DNA of 64,000 bases. Source: Octopus sinensis (lineage: Eukaryota). Shown in pieces: positions 1-12,045 of the stretch. Within the stretch, counting starts at the first letter, position 1. Each line of letters starts with the position of its first letter. The notes under the pieces were generated by a model that made no database searches, was not told the origin of the DNA, and saw only the letters and a program-made list of their open reading frames with translations. The stretch spans positions 38,812,001 to 38,876,000 of the forward strand of contig NC_042999.1 in the NCBI RefSeq assembly GCF_006345805.1, given 5' to 3'. The position numbers were made by a program, and so were the translations under genes.

Positions 1-1171
1 GTGTTTGTATCATAGCGGTATTATAACACGGTTGCATTATGTTCAAATATGGCAAAATAGGTCGCAATAAGAGGAAAACTTAAAAAATAAGAGTAATTTT
101 TAATCAAGAATTTGGTATGTTGACAAAATATATTTAGTATTTCGGCTCCAAAGGTTAAGATATCAAAAATACGGATTACGATATATGTTTGTTGATATAC
201 CTATGAAGTTTTGTAATACCAGTGGTAGTATAAAGTGGCAGGCAGAATATAGCACGTCTATAAGTTGAAAACGTTTTGGCGAAAATTATTAGCAAAAACT
301 CCATCGGTATGCTATGTGATATTATAGAATATCATATATGCATAGCAATTGGTTCAGTAAATATAGATCAAGAATACCTACACAGATGTCGGTCTGCAAG
401 TATTTAAGAAATAGAAAAAAAATTGCAATGCTAAATAATAAAATTAATGTGTGTGTGTGTGTGTGTGTATCGGTTCTTTGATCAAATAAATAATCGTCTA
501 TGAATCGATGATATATTAAGGAAAACAAATGGTATCATTGTACATTCACAAATAATTAGCCGCAAATTACTGAAATAAATATTAGTGAAGATATGAGACA
601 TGTGAAGTCAAGTAAAGAATTGATTTTTAAAGATTCATGAGATGAAGTGGAATTGATGGAGTTAATTACGACAAACAAGATATTTTCTCGTACAGTAGTT
701 TCATATTTGCAATTAATAGAGTTGTTTCGTCTGTTAATGCAGTGTTACTAGCACAATGGATAATGACAATGGAAGCAACGCAAACGATAACAGTAAGAAG
801 TCTACGCTAAGTGCTTCGCTTTCAGCAATTGTAGAATGGATTGCATGAATTGTTAATGTTTAAGATATTGAAATGTAGAGGATCTGTAAATATTTAGAAC
901 TACAGCTAAATGCATTGTTGTCGTAGGGTCATTATTGAAATCACTCGTACTCACGTGACCACAGCCCGCATCTCAGCCAGATGCATTCATATTCACACAC
1001 ATCAGATATACATACATACAAACATGCATAGGTGTGTTTATGTGTATGTGGGTGAATGTATATATATATATATTTATCTGTGTATATATGCATGTATGTA
1101 AGATGCATATAAGTACATACATGCATATACACACACATATATATATATACATACATACATACATACATACA

Positions 1172-1220
<49 letters not shown>

Positions 1221-2515
1221 TGATATATATATATTGATATATGTGCCTGTGTGTGCACTCATGTGTGTGTCTCTGTATGTGTACATGTATCTATGCGGAA
1301 ACAAATTTAATATGCTTTATAAACGACTGCATACATTTCCGTAAATTTCTTATTGTTTAATTCGGAACAATGGCATTCTTAAATCCACTAACTTTTATAG
1401 TCATTCCTGTTTTCGTGTGATACCAATAAAGAGCGAATTATATAAATGCTGCTGTCATTGCAGCAGTTGTTTAGGAGATAGCATTCGCGGGTATGATGTT
1501 AGAAATAATATGACTATATCAACGTTTTAAAAATCTACTTAGCATTCAACTTCTATACACTTCCTTGGGCAATTAGTAGGAACAATCGATAAAAGAGCAA
1601 AATAAAACATATATCTGTCATCAATGCAAAGGTCTCAAGAAGTATTCTTCCATACAGCATTGACTTTCCATAATTTTGGGGTGGAGTCCATGACTGGATA
1701 CGCTCCGCCTCCTTCATTCGATTTGTATATTTAACTATTTTTAGGGAAAAATGGGCTGATATTTGACGTGAAGGGGAATGTACTCAGCCATGTTTTAGAA
1801 TTTTCCAGACAGGCTGTGTAACACCATGTCTTCATTAGTATACATAGTTTCATCTCTCTCTCTCTCTCTGTATATATATAATATGGATTCTTGGGGGAAT
1901 AGCGGTACTTAAATGATATGAACCATGTAGGGTTGAACTAACCTGTGGTTACCACCAATGGTCTATTAAATATCCACTAGTATGTTCAGGTTGTGTAAAC
2001 AGAAGAAAACCAGTCCTACGAGTATTTTGTGCCTGCGGGTTGATCATACGTTTTTGGGGCGGGGAAGGGGGGTTATTCTCTAGGGTGTCCAATGTGTCGT
2101 GAATCCCTATGGTGTATTATAAGCAAATGAATAACAGATGACGGATAAATATCCAGTGTTAGCTTCGGTGTGCTTCATGTATGACCCCATGTATCTCTGG
2201 GGGTAGTGTCCTATTGTTTTGAATTATATGTTTCATCTGATGATTAAGGCTCTTTGCAATGATGTTATGTACTTATTCTTCTATTAAAAATGCGTAAAAA
2301 AACCCAGCTGTAATGAACTGACTTGGATCCATCGTCTGTTATTAATTCATATGCTTATATATGTATATTGCGTCATCCCATAAGTAATGCATTATATTTA
2401 ATTGCATGAGATAAAAAATCGGAGTGGGGCGGGATAAATTACCTGCATTAACCTGCTATAAAAGTAAGTAGTTATTTTGCCTTCTACTTATTCTTGATGT
2501 AAGTCATGAAGAGCA

Positions 2516-2830
2516 GGCGTAGGAGTGGCTGTGTGGTATGTAGCTTGCTTACGAACCACATGGTTCCGGGTTCAATCCCACTGCGTGGTACCTTGGGCAA
2601 CAGTCTTCTACTATAGCCTCGGGCCGACCAAAGCCTTGTGAGTGGACTTAGTAGACAGAAAGTGAAAGAAGCCCGTCGTATATTTGTATGCATATATATA
2701 TATATATGTGAGTGTGTGTGTGTGTGTGTGTGTGTGCATGTTTGTGGGTCTGTGTTTGTTCCCCTAAGATCGCTTGACAACCTTTGCTGCTGTGTTTACG
2801 TCCCCGTAACTTAGCGGTTCGGCAAAAGAC
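2516..2830 (+). mobile_element. tRNA-derived SINE family A, 3'-truncated
   Basis: Head GGCGTAGGAGTGGCTGTGTGG...GGTTCAATCCC with A/B-box-like motifs, internal TA/TG microsatellite and the body CCCCGTAACTTAGCGGTTCGGCAAAAG; the same sequence recurs at 10.2, 23.2, 34.7, 43.9, 46.6 and 51.2 kb. Confidence 0.8.
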
Positions 2831-3536
2831 ACCTTTTTATGGGGTTAGACGATTTAGCCTCTATTCTTCAACATTTTTGAATTTGGTTTGCAAGATTCTC
2901 CCCAGGCACAACAAAATAATTTTTCTTGTTACCCTTATTTATAATTTTATAACTTTCACCTTAATAGGTATTTTTCATATACTGGAAAACTGATAAAATG
3001 TTTAAATAAAATTTCCTCTTACTTCAGAAATAAATTAATTCTCATTCACTTCAGTACTGTGTGCGTTTCCTGACCATCAACACTTGGTGCCGAGTTTTAT
3101 TACGAATTTTCGATCTTGATATATTTGGGATGCTTAAATGTATTCATCACTTTGCATCTGCTTTTCAGTTGTTACGTCTAAGTATTTCATTTATTTTCAT
3201 TCTGTGCCACTCGCTGATGAGGGAAGAAACCATTTTGGATTAATGCAGCACTCGGGACTGATTCGGGGATAACTATATTTTTTATGAATTTCTGTTAGCT
3301 TGCTTTCCTTGTTTCGTCACGTGGTGTAACAATACAAGTGAAAATATTTTATGCGATTAGACGACTTAGCGTTTATTTTTCAGCATATCGGCAAAGAATT
3401 ATTTCTCTTTTTGCCCTTATTTATAATTGTATTTATTTCAACTTAAAAAGGTATTTTTCATATGCTGGGCACTGATAATGTTTTTTAATAAAATTATATC
3501 CTTATATTGAATATATATATATGTGTGTGTGTGTGT

Positions 3537-3538
<2 letters not shown>

Positions 3539-3602
<64 letters not shown>
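3539..3602. repeat. (GA)n microsatellite
   Basis: Perfect AG run seen directly. Confidence 0.95.
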
Positions 3603-3607
<5 letters not shown>

Positions 3608-3639
3608 AATGAAGAGAATTATGTACCTGTGCTTGTAGG

Positions 3640-4330
3640 TGTTATTAAGAACGTCTATATCTCAAGATACATTCATTTAATGTTTGAAGCTGAAGAAATG
3701 CAGTATTTTGTTTTATGCTTAGAATTCATCTATAGCACTGAATTCATATATTGCATACGTAACTCAATTACGAAAATTACGCTTGTGGTCCGATGTTTAA
3801 AGTGTGTATAAGAACATGAAACTCATAACATTCTGTGGAGTTCTTTATTTCCGGATTAACAGATAAGCATACACCTTGAATGAGCGTTAGAAGATATTTA
3901 ATGATGTTGTAGTCATTTATTATTATTAACAATGATTTTAATGATATGGGTTTTGTTGTCATTCTTATAAGTATTTGTTTTCATGTAAGTCTTTTTGTGA
4001 TGCCTTAATGATCAACTATTTTATACTTAGTGTATCCTTCTTTCATATATTACACTTTATATGAAGCATTAATATTGACTCTGATTTGCTGTGTACGATA
4101 TCTGTTGCACCTTTGACTCTACATTTCACTGACGTTATCTATTAACTGGAAAAACCAATATTGTTTCGTGTTCGTTCTATTCTGAAAATTTCTTCACCTA
4201 ATATTTCTTTTTCTGGGAAGGACAAAAATACTGTTCTAAGAATTTTCTTCGCCTTCTTATGTGTATGAATAAAATGATTTCTGTGAGTGTAAATGTGCAA
4301 ATTTTTGTCTCTGGGTAAACAAATGTGATT
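3640..4330 (-). pseudogene. Decayed PLE RT-thumb/GIY-YIG remnant (Naiad-like)
   Basis: Minus-strand translation gives NHFIHTHKKAKKILRTVFLSF, KCRVKGATDIVHSK and TTSLNIF, echoing the HF..KI..V.LSY, IVY and TTLSKYIW motifs; many stops and frameshifts. Confidence 0.4.
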
Positions 4331-4559
4331 CACCAGTTAAAAGAAATATGATGCATCTATGACACAATGTCATGTAGCTGCAAAGAAAAAGATAATGCAG
4401 TTGTAAGTTTTATTTTTGCTACTGTGTCGAAGATTTCTTTTAAATTCTCGACACCGACTATAAAGCTAATATGCTTGTTGTATATGCTATTTTATATATT
4501 TTACCGTCTTGTTATTTTTTTTTTATTGTGGCCAAGATGGTGCCATCACATTTGCAACA

Positions 4560-4830
4560 AAAAATTGCGTGCGCGCCGAATCAGCTCGCAGCCTCCCACC
4601 TCATAGCTATCCGTCGCTAGCGCTGGCATGGCATGTCTTCCGTCTCCCGCTAGAACGTCTTATGAGGGTTTCACTTTCATTCGGGGTAGCAGCTGCGGGC
4701 TCGAAAAGACCTTGTGGCTGACCCACACTAACTGGCTGGACGTGGTTGGGGAAGATATCCAGAAGCACCACGTCACCTTCGAGTGGAACTAATTGGCTCT
4801 ACGCATGATGACAATTCTGGGATTACTAGC
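4560..4830 (+). pseudogene. RTE-like LINE C-terminal remnant
   Basis: LAWHVFRLPLERLMRVSL...KRPCG*P followed by WLDVVGEDI resembles the WLGHV.RM...RP.GRP...W.D.V..D end of RTE ORFs; locally GC-richer. Confidence 0.5.
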
Positions 4831-5498
4831 AACGAATGCCCCCCCCCAGCCCCATTAAGCAAGAGCATGAAGCCAACCAAGCCAGGCCAGGGATAAAGTC
4901 TAAGAACAAGAGTATCATCATTTCACTGACCACAGTCCAGCTTCACGCAGTGAGAAAACATAAGCAATCCTCATATGTAAGATTCTGATATTTTCATTCA
5001 GTATTTTAAAAGTTATCATAGATGTTAATATGTCTAAGTGTTTTGTTACGTTATTTCATATGGTGTATATCGATATATAATCTTGCATATGGAACTTTAT
5101 CTAAAATATTTCATTATAAGGTTTTGCATAATTTGTGCGTTTCTTATTCTATCCCTAAACATTTTTCGCATAGTCATCTAATGTATATGTTCTGTATGTA
5201 TTGTTTGAATGTATCTAGTTCTATAATGATCTTACGCTTTTGTGTAATTTTCAATTTATATACATACATACATATATATATATATATATCTATCTATCTA
5301 TATCTATATATATATATATATAGATAAGAAAGTTTGTTTGGTAAAGCACGTGGGTGAATATATAAGAAAATAGTAAAGTGTGAAAAAACGACAGAAGGCT
5401 TAAATGTTAAAAAATATATATATTTGTGTCAAAATGTCTGGAGAATATTGGAAAAATTTTTTTCCTTTCCTTAAAATGACATAATTTTAAAATTTTTA

Positions 5499-5538
5499 AA
5501 GAAATTACCGGTTTCGCGTGTAGCTTTTCAAATTTCTT
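5499..5538 (-). ncRNA. Minimal type I hammerhead ribozyme motif, U3-A8 variant
   Basis: AAGAAAT-TTGAAAA-GC(TACAC)GC-GAAA-CCGG-TA-ATTTCTT: 7-bp stem I, 2-bp stem II, palindromic ACCGGT stem III, GUA triplet. Confidence 0.7.
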
Positions 5539-5676
5539 GTGACGTTATGTTTATATTGCATGGAATTATCGTTGTTTTTATTTCCAGGAGATTTCTAAAT
5601 AAGGGGAGGTAGTGAGTGATTTTTTCCGGTGTAGGGGAGATAATCGCTTAAAAAAATTTTTTTTCCCATTTCCTTG

Positions 5677-6057
5677 TTAATTTCTCTGTGTCAGTATGTT
5701 CGGATGGTTGAGTCTGGGTTTGTACTTTTCAATGAAGAATGTTTCCTTGTTCAGTCTCATTTGTGTTGATGATCCGAAAGCACATTGGTAAAATGGGAAG
5801 ATTAAAAATTGTGGCAGTAGTTGCTTTGCGCATTTCTCAATGTGCTCACTAAAAGGTATCATTCTATATTCTGGGAATGCAATCTGTTGTCGATGCAGTG
5901 TGCATCTGCGCCTGAGTGATAGTCCCGTGGAACCCACGTAGTCTTGGTGGCAGCCCGAGCATTTAATAACATAAATTATGTTTTCAGAGGCACAAGTAAA
6001 GTTAGATTTGATCTTAAATTTCTGTCCCTCTTTAAAGAAGAATTCTGATCCTTCCAA
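5677..6057 (-). CDS. PLE GIY-YIG endonuclease domain (frameshifted from the RT)
   Basis: NIIYVIKCSGCHQDYVGSTGLSLRRRCTLHR...KETFFIEKYKPRLN. Confidence 0.9.
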   Translation of the reverse strand: MEGSEFFFKEGQKFKIKSNFTCASENIIYVIKCSGCHQDYVGSTGLSLRRRCTLHRQQIAFPEYRMIPFSEHIEKCAKQLLPQFLIFPFYQCAFGSSTQMRLNKETFFIEKYKPRLNHPNILTQRN

Positions 6058-6085
6058 TAGGTTAGGACATGTTGCACAGTTCGAT

Positions 6086-8030
6086 CTACCACATTTTTTT
6101 TACTTTTGCATCCGTAATTTTAGAAGACAATTTTGCCTTTGTGAGAATCTTTTTAAGTGATTTAGGCTGTTTGTAGCTTTTAATGATTTGGTGTATGTTT
6201 AGAATTTCCTTTAATTTTGGGTTTTTATGAAGTATTGGTAAATTCTGGGTGATGATGGTGAAGGCTTCTTTGTTTCTGGGGTTGTATGTAGATATGTAAG
6301 GTAGTATTTTCGGGGAAGGTGTGTTGTTGTGTTGAACTTTTCTTAAAGTTTCTATGTTGATTTCTGTTGCACGTCTGATCCCATCCTCTATGAGTTGAGC
6401 TGGGTAATGTCTGTCAATTAGGGTGTTTTTGAGTTCTTGCAGTCTAAAGTTCCTGGTATTTTGTTCTGACACTATTGTGCATATCCTTCTTGCAAGGTTG
6501 AAGGGGATGTTTGTTTTAGTGTGTCTTGGGTGGCATGAATTAAAAAGAAGGTATTGTTTGGCGTCTGTGGCTTTGTAAAAAATGTCTGTTTCTATTTTAA
6601 GGTTAATTTTTTTAATTAGTATATCCAAGAACGGGAGCTCCTTTTGGTTGTATTCCATTGTGAACTGTATATTTGGGTTTATGCTGTTCAATAGGTTTTT
6701 AAATTTTAGGAGTTTATCTATGTTTTCATTCCAGAGAATGAAACAATCGTCTAGGAATCGTTTCCAATTCTCTTTTATGTATTGAGAGAGGGAGTTTCCA
6801 AAGATTGATAGAGATTCCTGGTAAATGATTATTTCCATGTATCCCATTGTTAAGTTCGCAATGACTGGTGCTGCCCTTGTACCCATAGCAATTCCGGATT
6901 TTTGACGGTAAAATGTATTGTCAAACATGAAGTGGTTATTGTGTAGGATGAATTCAATTGATTTAGTAATGAATTCTTTACTGATCCTTTTTGGTATTTC
7001 TTCCGGAAATTGGTCTAACCAGAATGTATTGCCTCCAGTCCATAATTATGAGGTATACTTGTATACAAGTTGACTACATCAAATGAAACCAGGATTGTTT
7101 CTTCCTTGGTTTTTTTTGGAAGGTGGTTTAACATATCTAAGTCATCTCTGATATGGCTATCGATATGTTTAAGGAAGGGTTTCAAGAGGATGTCCATAAG
7201 TAGACTTAGTCTGTGTGTTTCACAGGTTGGGCCAGCTACAATGGGTCGTAGTTTTAGGTCCCCCGGATTAGTGTGTGTATGTATGTCTTTGGTGATTTTT
7301 AATGGTTTCATTTATAATTTGACTTTTATGAATTTTTGGCAGACCATAGAAAAGGCTAGGTTTGCATTTAAAGTTTCTTAGGAAATCAATCTCTTTGGTT
7401 GTCAGTTCCTTTTCATGGGTTTTAATTAGTGAAGATAGAGTTTTCATTATTTTTTGTGGGGTGTAGTTGGTAATTTTTTCATAATGTAGGTCTTCATCAA
7501 GCAAGGAAATTACAAGATTTCTGTAGTATGATGTATCCATTATTACAACTGCATTTCCCTTGTCCGCTTCCTTAATGGTTATATCTTCATCATTTTGGAG
7601 TTCTATCAGTTCTTTCCATTGTGTATTGTTAAAATTTGGGTTAGCTTTCTGTTTATGTATAGTATGGTAGGGGAAGTTCTCAATGTGGTTACAGAATTCG
7701 TCAAGATCTTTATTTCTTCCTCTGTGTGGGATGTGTTCACTTTTGTTCTTGACAAGTGATTCATCTTCAGTATTGAAACTGTTTGATGCTTCTGCTAGTC
7801 TTAATTTTCTGCAAAATTCTGTTATATTATCCTTGAGTTCATTTAGGTTTGCTCTGCGTGGAGTTGGTGTAAATTTGAGCCCTTTTGCGAGGATGTCAAT
7901 TTTTATGTTAGAAAGAGGTTTGGTTGAAAGATTGATTATCTTCGGTTTTTCCTTATTACTAGGTTCCAGCCTGTGTCCTGGTGTCCCTGGTCCCTGGCTA
8001 AAAATGTTGGGTGTAATTTTGTTTGTATGA
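6086..8030 (-). CDS. PLE reverse transcriptase, split by 1-bp indels
   Basis: ORFs 7268-7540, 7015-7311 and 6086-6928 plus the open upstream frame carry the PLE RT motifs in order, including the FLDD catalytic motif. Confidence 0.9.
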
Positions 8031-8420
8031 GTTGTCTGTGAGGTTGTGTGGTATTTGGTCGGGGGAGTGGTGGTATTGTTGCCTCCGATCGTTGTGTGTG
8101 TGTGGGAATCTATGGTTGTTAATGCTTGTGGTGTGTGTAAAATTTCTGTATGGGGAATATTTTTGTTTCGAACTTCTTGTATGTGGGATGTTGCTTGACA
8201 TAGTGTTTCTTTGCGTTTGTCTTGTGTTTAGTGGGGACCAGTAGTTTTGGTTCATGGGGTAGTAGTGATTTGTGTGTGGTGTATTTCTTATCCTAGTGTC
8301 GTATTGTGCTGTATGGTGGTTGGGTCTGGTATTATGATGTTGTTGGTTTGTTCTGTTTTTGGTGTAATTTCTTTCATAGACGCGTCCTCTTTCAGCTAGT
8401 TCCCTGTTAGGTCTAGCGTG

Positions 8421-10096
8421 ATTATGGACTGGAGGCAATACAATTCTGGTTAGACCAATTTCCGGAAGAAATACCAAAAAGGATCAGTAAAGAATTCATT
8501 ACTAAATCAATTGAATTCATCCTACACAATAACCACTTCATGTTTGACAATACATTTTACCGTCAAAAATCCGGAATTGCTATGGGTACAAGGGCAGCAC
8601 CAGTCATTGCGAACTTAACAATGGGATACATGGAAATAATCATTTACCAGGAATCTCTATCAATCTTTGGAAACTCCCTCTCTCAATACATAAAAGAGAA
8701 TTGGAAACGATTCCTAGACGATTGTTTCATTCTCTGGAATGAAAACATAGATAAACTCCTAAAATTTAAAAACCTATTGAACAGCATAAACCCAAATATA
8801 CAGTTCACAATGGAATACAACCAAAAGGAGCTCCCGTTCTTGGATATACTAATTAAAAAAATTAACCTTAAAATAGAAACAGACATTTTTTACAAAGCCA
8901 CAGACGCCAAACAATACCTTCTTTTTAATTCATGCCACCCAAGACACACTAAAACAAACATCCCCTTCAACCTTGCAAGAAGGATATGCACAATAGTGTC
9001 AGAACAAAATACCAGGAACTTTAGACTGCAAGAACTCAAAAACACCCTAATTGACAGACATTACCCAGCTCAACTCATAGAGGATGGGATCAGACGTGCA
9101 ACAGAAATCAACATAGAAACTTTAAGAAAAGTTCAACACAACAACACACCTTCCCCGAAAATACTACCTTACATATCTACATACAACCCCAGAAACAAAG
9201 AAGCCTTCACCATCATCACCCAGAATTTACCAATACTTCATAAAAACCCAAAATTAAAGGAAATTCTAAACATACACCAAATCATTAAAAGCTACAAACA
9301 GCCTAATCACTTAAAAAGATTCTCACAAAGGCAAAATTGTCTTCTAAAATTACGGATGCAAAAGTAAAAAAATGTGGTAGATCGAACTGTGCAACATGTC
9401 CTAACCTATTGGAAGGATCAGAATTCTTCTTTAAGAGGGACAGAAATTTAAGATCAAATCTAACTTTACTTGTGCCTCTGAAAACATAATTTATGTTATT
9501 AAATGCTCGGGCTGCCACCAAGACTACGTGGGTTCACGGGACTATCACTCAGGCGCAGATGCACACTGCATCGACAACAGATTGCATTCCCAGAATATAG
9601 AATGATACCTTTTAGTGAGCACATTGAGAAATGCGCAAAGCAACTACTGCCACAATTTTTAATCTTCCCATTTTACCAATGTGCTTTCGGATCATCAACA
9701 CAAATGAGACTGAACAAGGAAACATTCTTCATTGAAAAGTACAAACCCAGACTCAACCATCCGAACATACTGACACAGAGAAATTAACAAGGAAATGGAA
9801 AAAAAATTTTTAAGCGATTATCTCCCCTACACCGGAAAAAATCACTCACTACCTCCCCTTATTTAGAAATCTCCTGGAAATAAAAACAACGATAATTCCA
9901 TGCAATATAAACATAACGTCACAAGAAATTTGAAAAGCTACACGCGAAACCGGTAATTTCTTTAAAAATTTTAAAATTATGTCATTTTAAGGAAAGGAAA
10001 AAAATTTTTCCAATATTCTCCAGACATTTTGACACAAATATATATATTTTTTAACATTTAAGCCTTCTGTCGTTTTTTCACACTTTACTATTTTCT

Positions 10097-10105
<9 letters not shown>
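8421..10105 (+). mobile_element. Inverted copy of the 3' ~1.7 kb of the same PLE (fold-back arm)
   Basis: Reverse complement of ~5370-7047; ORF 8540-9367 is identical to 6086-6928 up to YKQP, and 9503-9787 carries the GIY-YIG C-terminus. Confidence 0.95.
9923..9962 (+). ncRNA. Minimal type I hammerhead ribozyme motif, U3-A8 variant
   Basis: Identical to the motif at 5499-5538, in the 3' UTR of the inverted arm. Confidence 0.7.
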
Positions 10106-10154
<49 letters not shown>

Positions 10155-10157
<3 letters not shown>

Positions 10158-10465
10158 TTACTGTGTGGTACGTAGCTTGCTTACAAGCCCCATGGATCTA
10201 GGTTCAGTTCCACTGAGTGTCCTCTGACCGACCAAAGCTTTGCAAGTCGATTTGGTAGAGGCAAATGTCTGTGTGTTTTGTTTATCTTCCCACCGTTGCT
10301 CAGCAGCCGATATTGGTAATTTTCTCCGTAACATAGCGGTTCGACAAAAGAATACGATGGAATAAGTACTAGACTTACAAAGAATAAGTCTCTGGCTTCA
10401 TTTGTTCGACTAAATGCAGTGCTACTGCATGACCGCAATCAAATAACAGGAACAAATAAAACAAT
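10155..10465 (+). mobile_element. SINE family A, degenerate with internal deletions
   Basis: CTGTGTGGTACGTAGCTTGC...CCGACCAAAGC...CCGTAACATAGCGGTTCGACAAAAG...GAATAAGTC. Confidence 0.7.
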
Positions 10466-10469
10466 ATAT

Positions 10470-10562
<93 letters not shown>

Positions 10563-11535
10563 TCAGAAAGCGTTGTCTTACATGTGTATCTGAATGCTAA
10601 TGTTTAACATAGTAGCAGTGGTGTGGGTGAAACGAAATATATATGTTTCTATTTGTGAATTTAGAGTACTTGCTTTGCTTTAATATTAACATCTTGAAAT
10701 GATGTATTTTAAACATTTGTTTCAAAGAAGCTTCAAAATGAAAAAAAAAAACTAGTAAAGTTTACAACACAATGCTTGTATTTAAGAGCATATATGTACA
10801 CAGGAATATATGTTTTCAGATGTACATCTTTATATTTATATATCTATACCGAACTTTCTCAATCTCCATCACTGACTTAATACCACTCTACCTGTATATT
10901 TGTGCGCGCGCGTGTGTGTTTGTGTGTGTGTATGTGTGTGTGTGTGTGTATTTGCGTGTGGGTATTTGCATGTACATTTGCGAGCTGAAAATTCCAAAGT
11001 ATTTACTGTATTAATTTGTGTAAATCTGTAATTAAATGCCCAATTGTTTATCTAATCTGAAAGAAAGAGAAAATTTCAAATGCACTAGAATATGATTAAA
11101 GCCAAAAAAAAAAAAAAAAGAGGAAAGAAAAAGGATAAATATGCGTAGAAATTAATGGCATTCTTCCTAAACTCAATTAATTTAATTGCAAATCGACGTA
11201 AAAGCTGCGTGCTGATTTAGATTCGCTACTTCAATTAAGGCTCTGAGATATATAGTTGGCTGCAAACGTGTAAGTTCTAATAAATGGGAGACGCGTTAAT
11301 CTAACATTAAATTCAGAAAATTGTTACCGCACTACAACGTTATAAGTGCGATTATTATTTGTGCCTGCAATCATAAATGAGGCTATATTATTATTGGATT
11401 GCACTCTGTGTAATTGCAGAGATGTGCTTCTATATGCATTAAACTGTTTAGTTAAATTTGCACAGCTGTTGACTTTTACAACATTAATAATTTAATAATC
11501 GGTTATATTCACAGCTACTTATTTTGAAATTACTG

Positions 11536-11606
<71 letters not shown>

Positions 11607-11614
11607 ATACATAA

Positions 11615-11862
11615 ATGCGCCCTTTTAAAGCCTAGCCAGGCTCATGGGCCCGCTTTCCCGGTTTCAATGGCGTATGTGTTCCCCAGCTGGACGGGAAGCC
11701 AGTCCATCGCAGCGTTACTCATTTTTACCTACTGAGTGGACTGGAGCAACGTGAAATGAAGTGTTTCGCTCAAGAAAAATAACGCGTCACCCGGTCCGGG
11801 AATCGAAACCACAATCTTACGATCATGATGCTGACACCCTAACCACTAAGCCACGCACCTCC
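11615..11862 (-). mobile_element. tRNA-derived SINE family D (V-domain-like body)
   Basis: Minus strand reads tRNA-like head TGGTTAGGGTG...GTTTCGATTCCCGG, then GCGATGGACTGGCTTCCCGTCCAGCTGG and tail CATGAGCCTGGCTAGGC; related copies at 30.7 and 55.7 kb. Confidence 0.75.
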
Positions 11863-11919
11863 ACACACACACACACACACATACACACACATACACACAA
11901 ACACACACACACACCACAC

Positions 11920-11976
<57 letters not shown>

Positions 11977-11996
11977 ACACACACACACACACACAC

Positions 11997-12045
<49 letters not shown>

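Larger units (their letters stand above)
5325..8420 (-). mobile_element. Penelope-like retroelement (Neptune-like by inference), main 5'-truncated copy
   Basis: Continuous minus-strand PLE protein over several frames: IINLS...KGLKFTPTP, IKEADKGNAVVIMD, FYGLPKIHK, LRPIVAG, SFDVVNLYTSIP, GIAMGTRAAPVIANL, RFLDDCF, LPFLDILI, then the CGRSNCATC linker and GIY-YIG domain; 3' end abuts (TA)n. Confidence 0.95.

Noticed and set aside
3211-3235. CTGATGA-GGGAA-GAAAC
   Set aside because: No stem II or stem I pairing.
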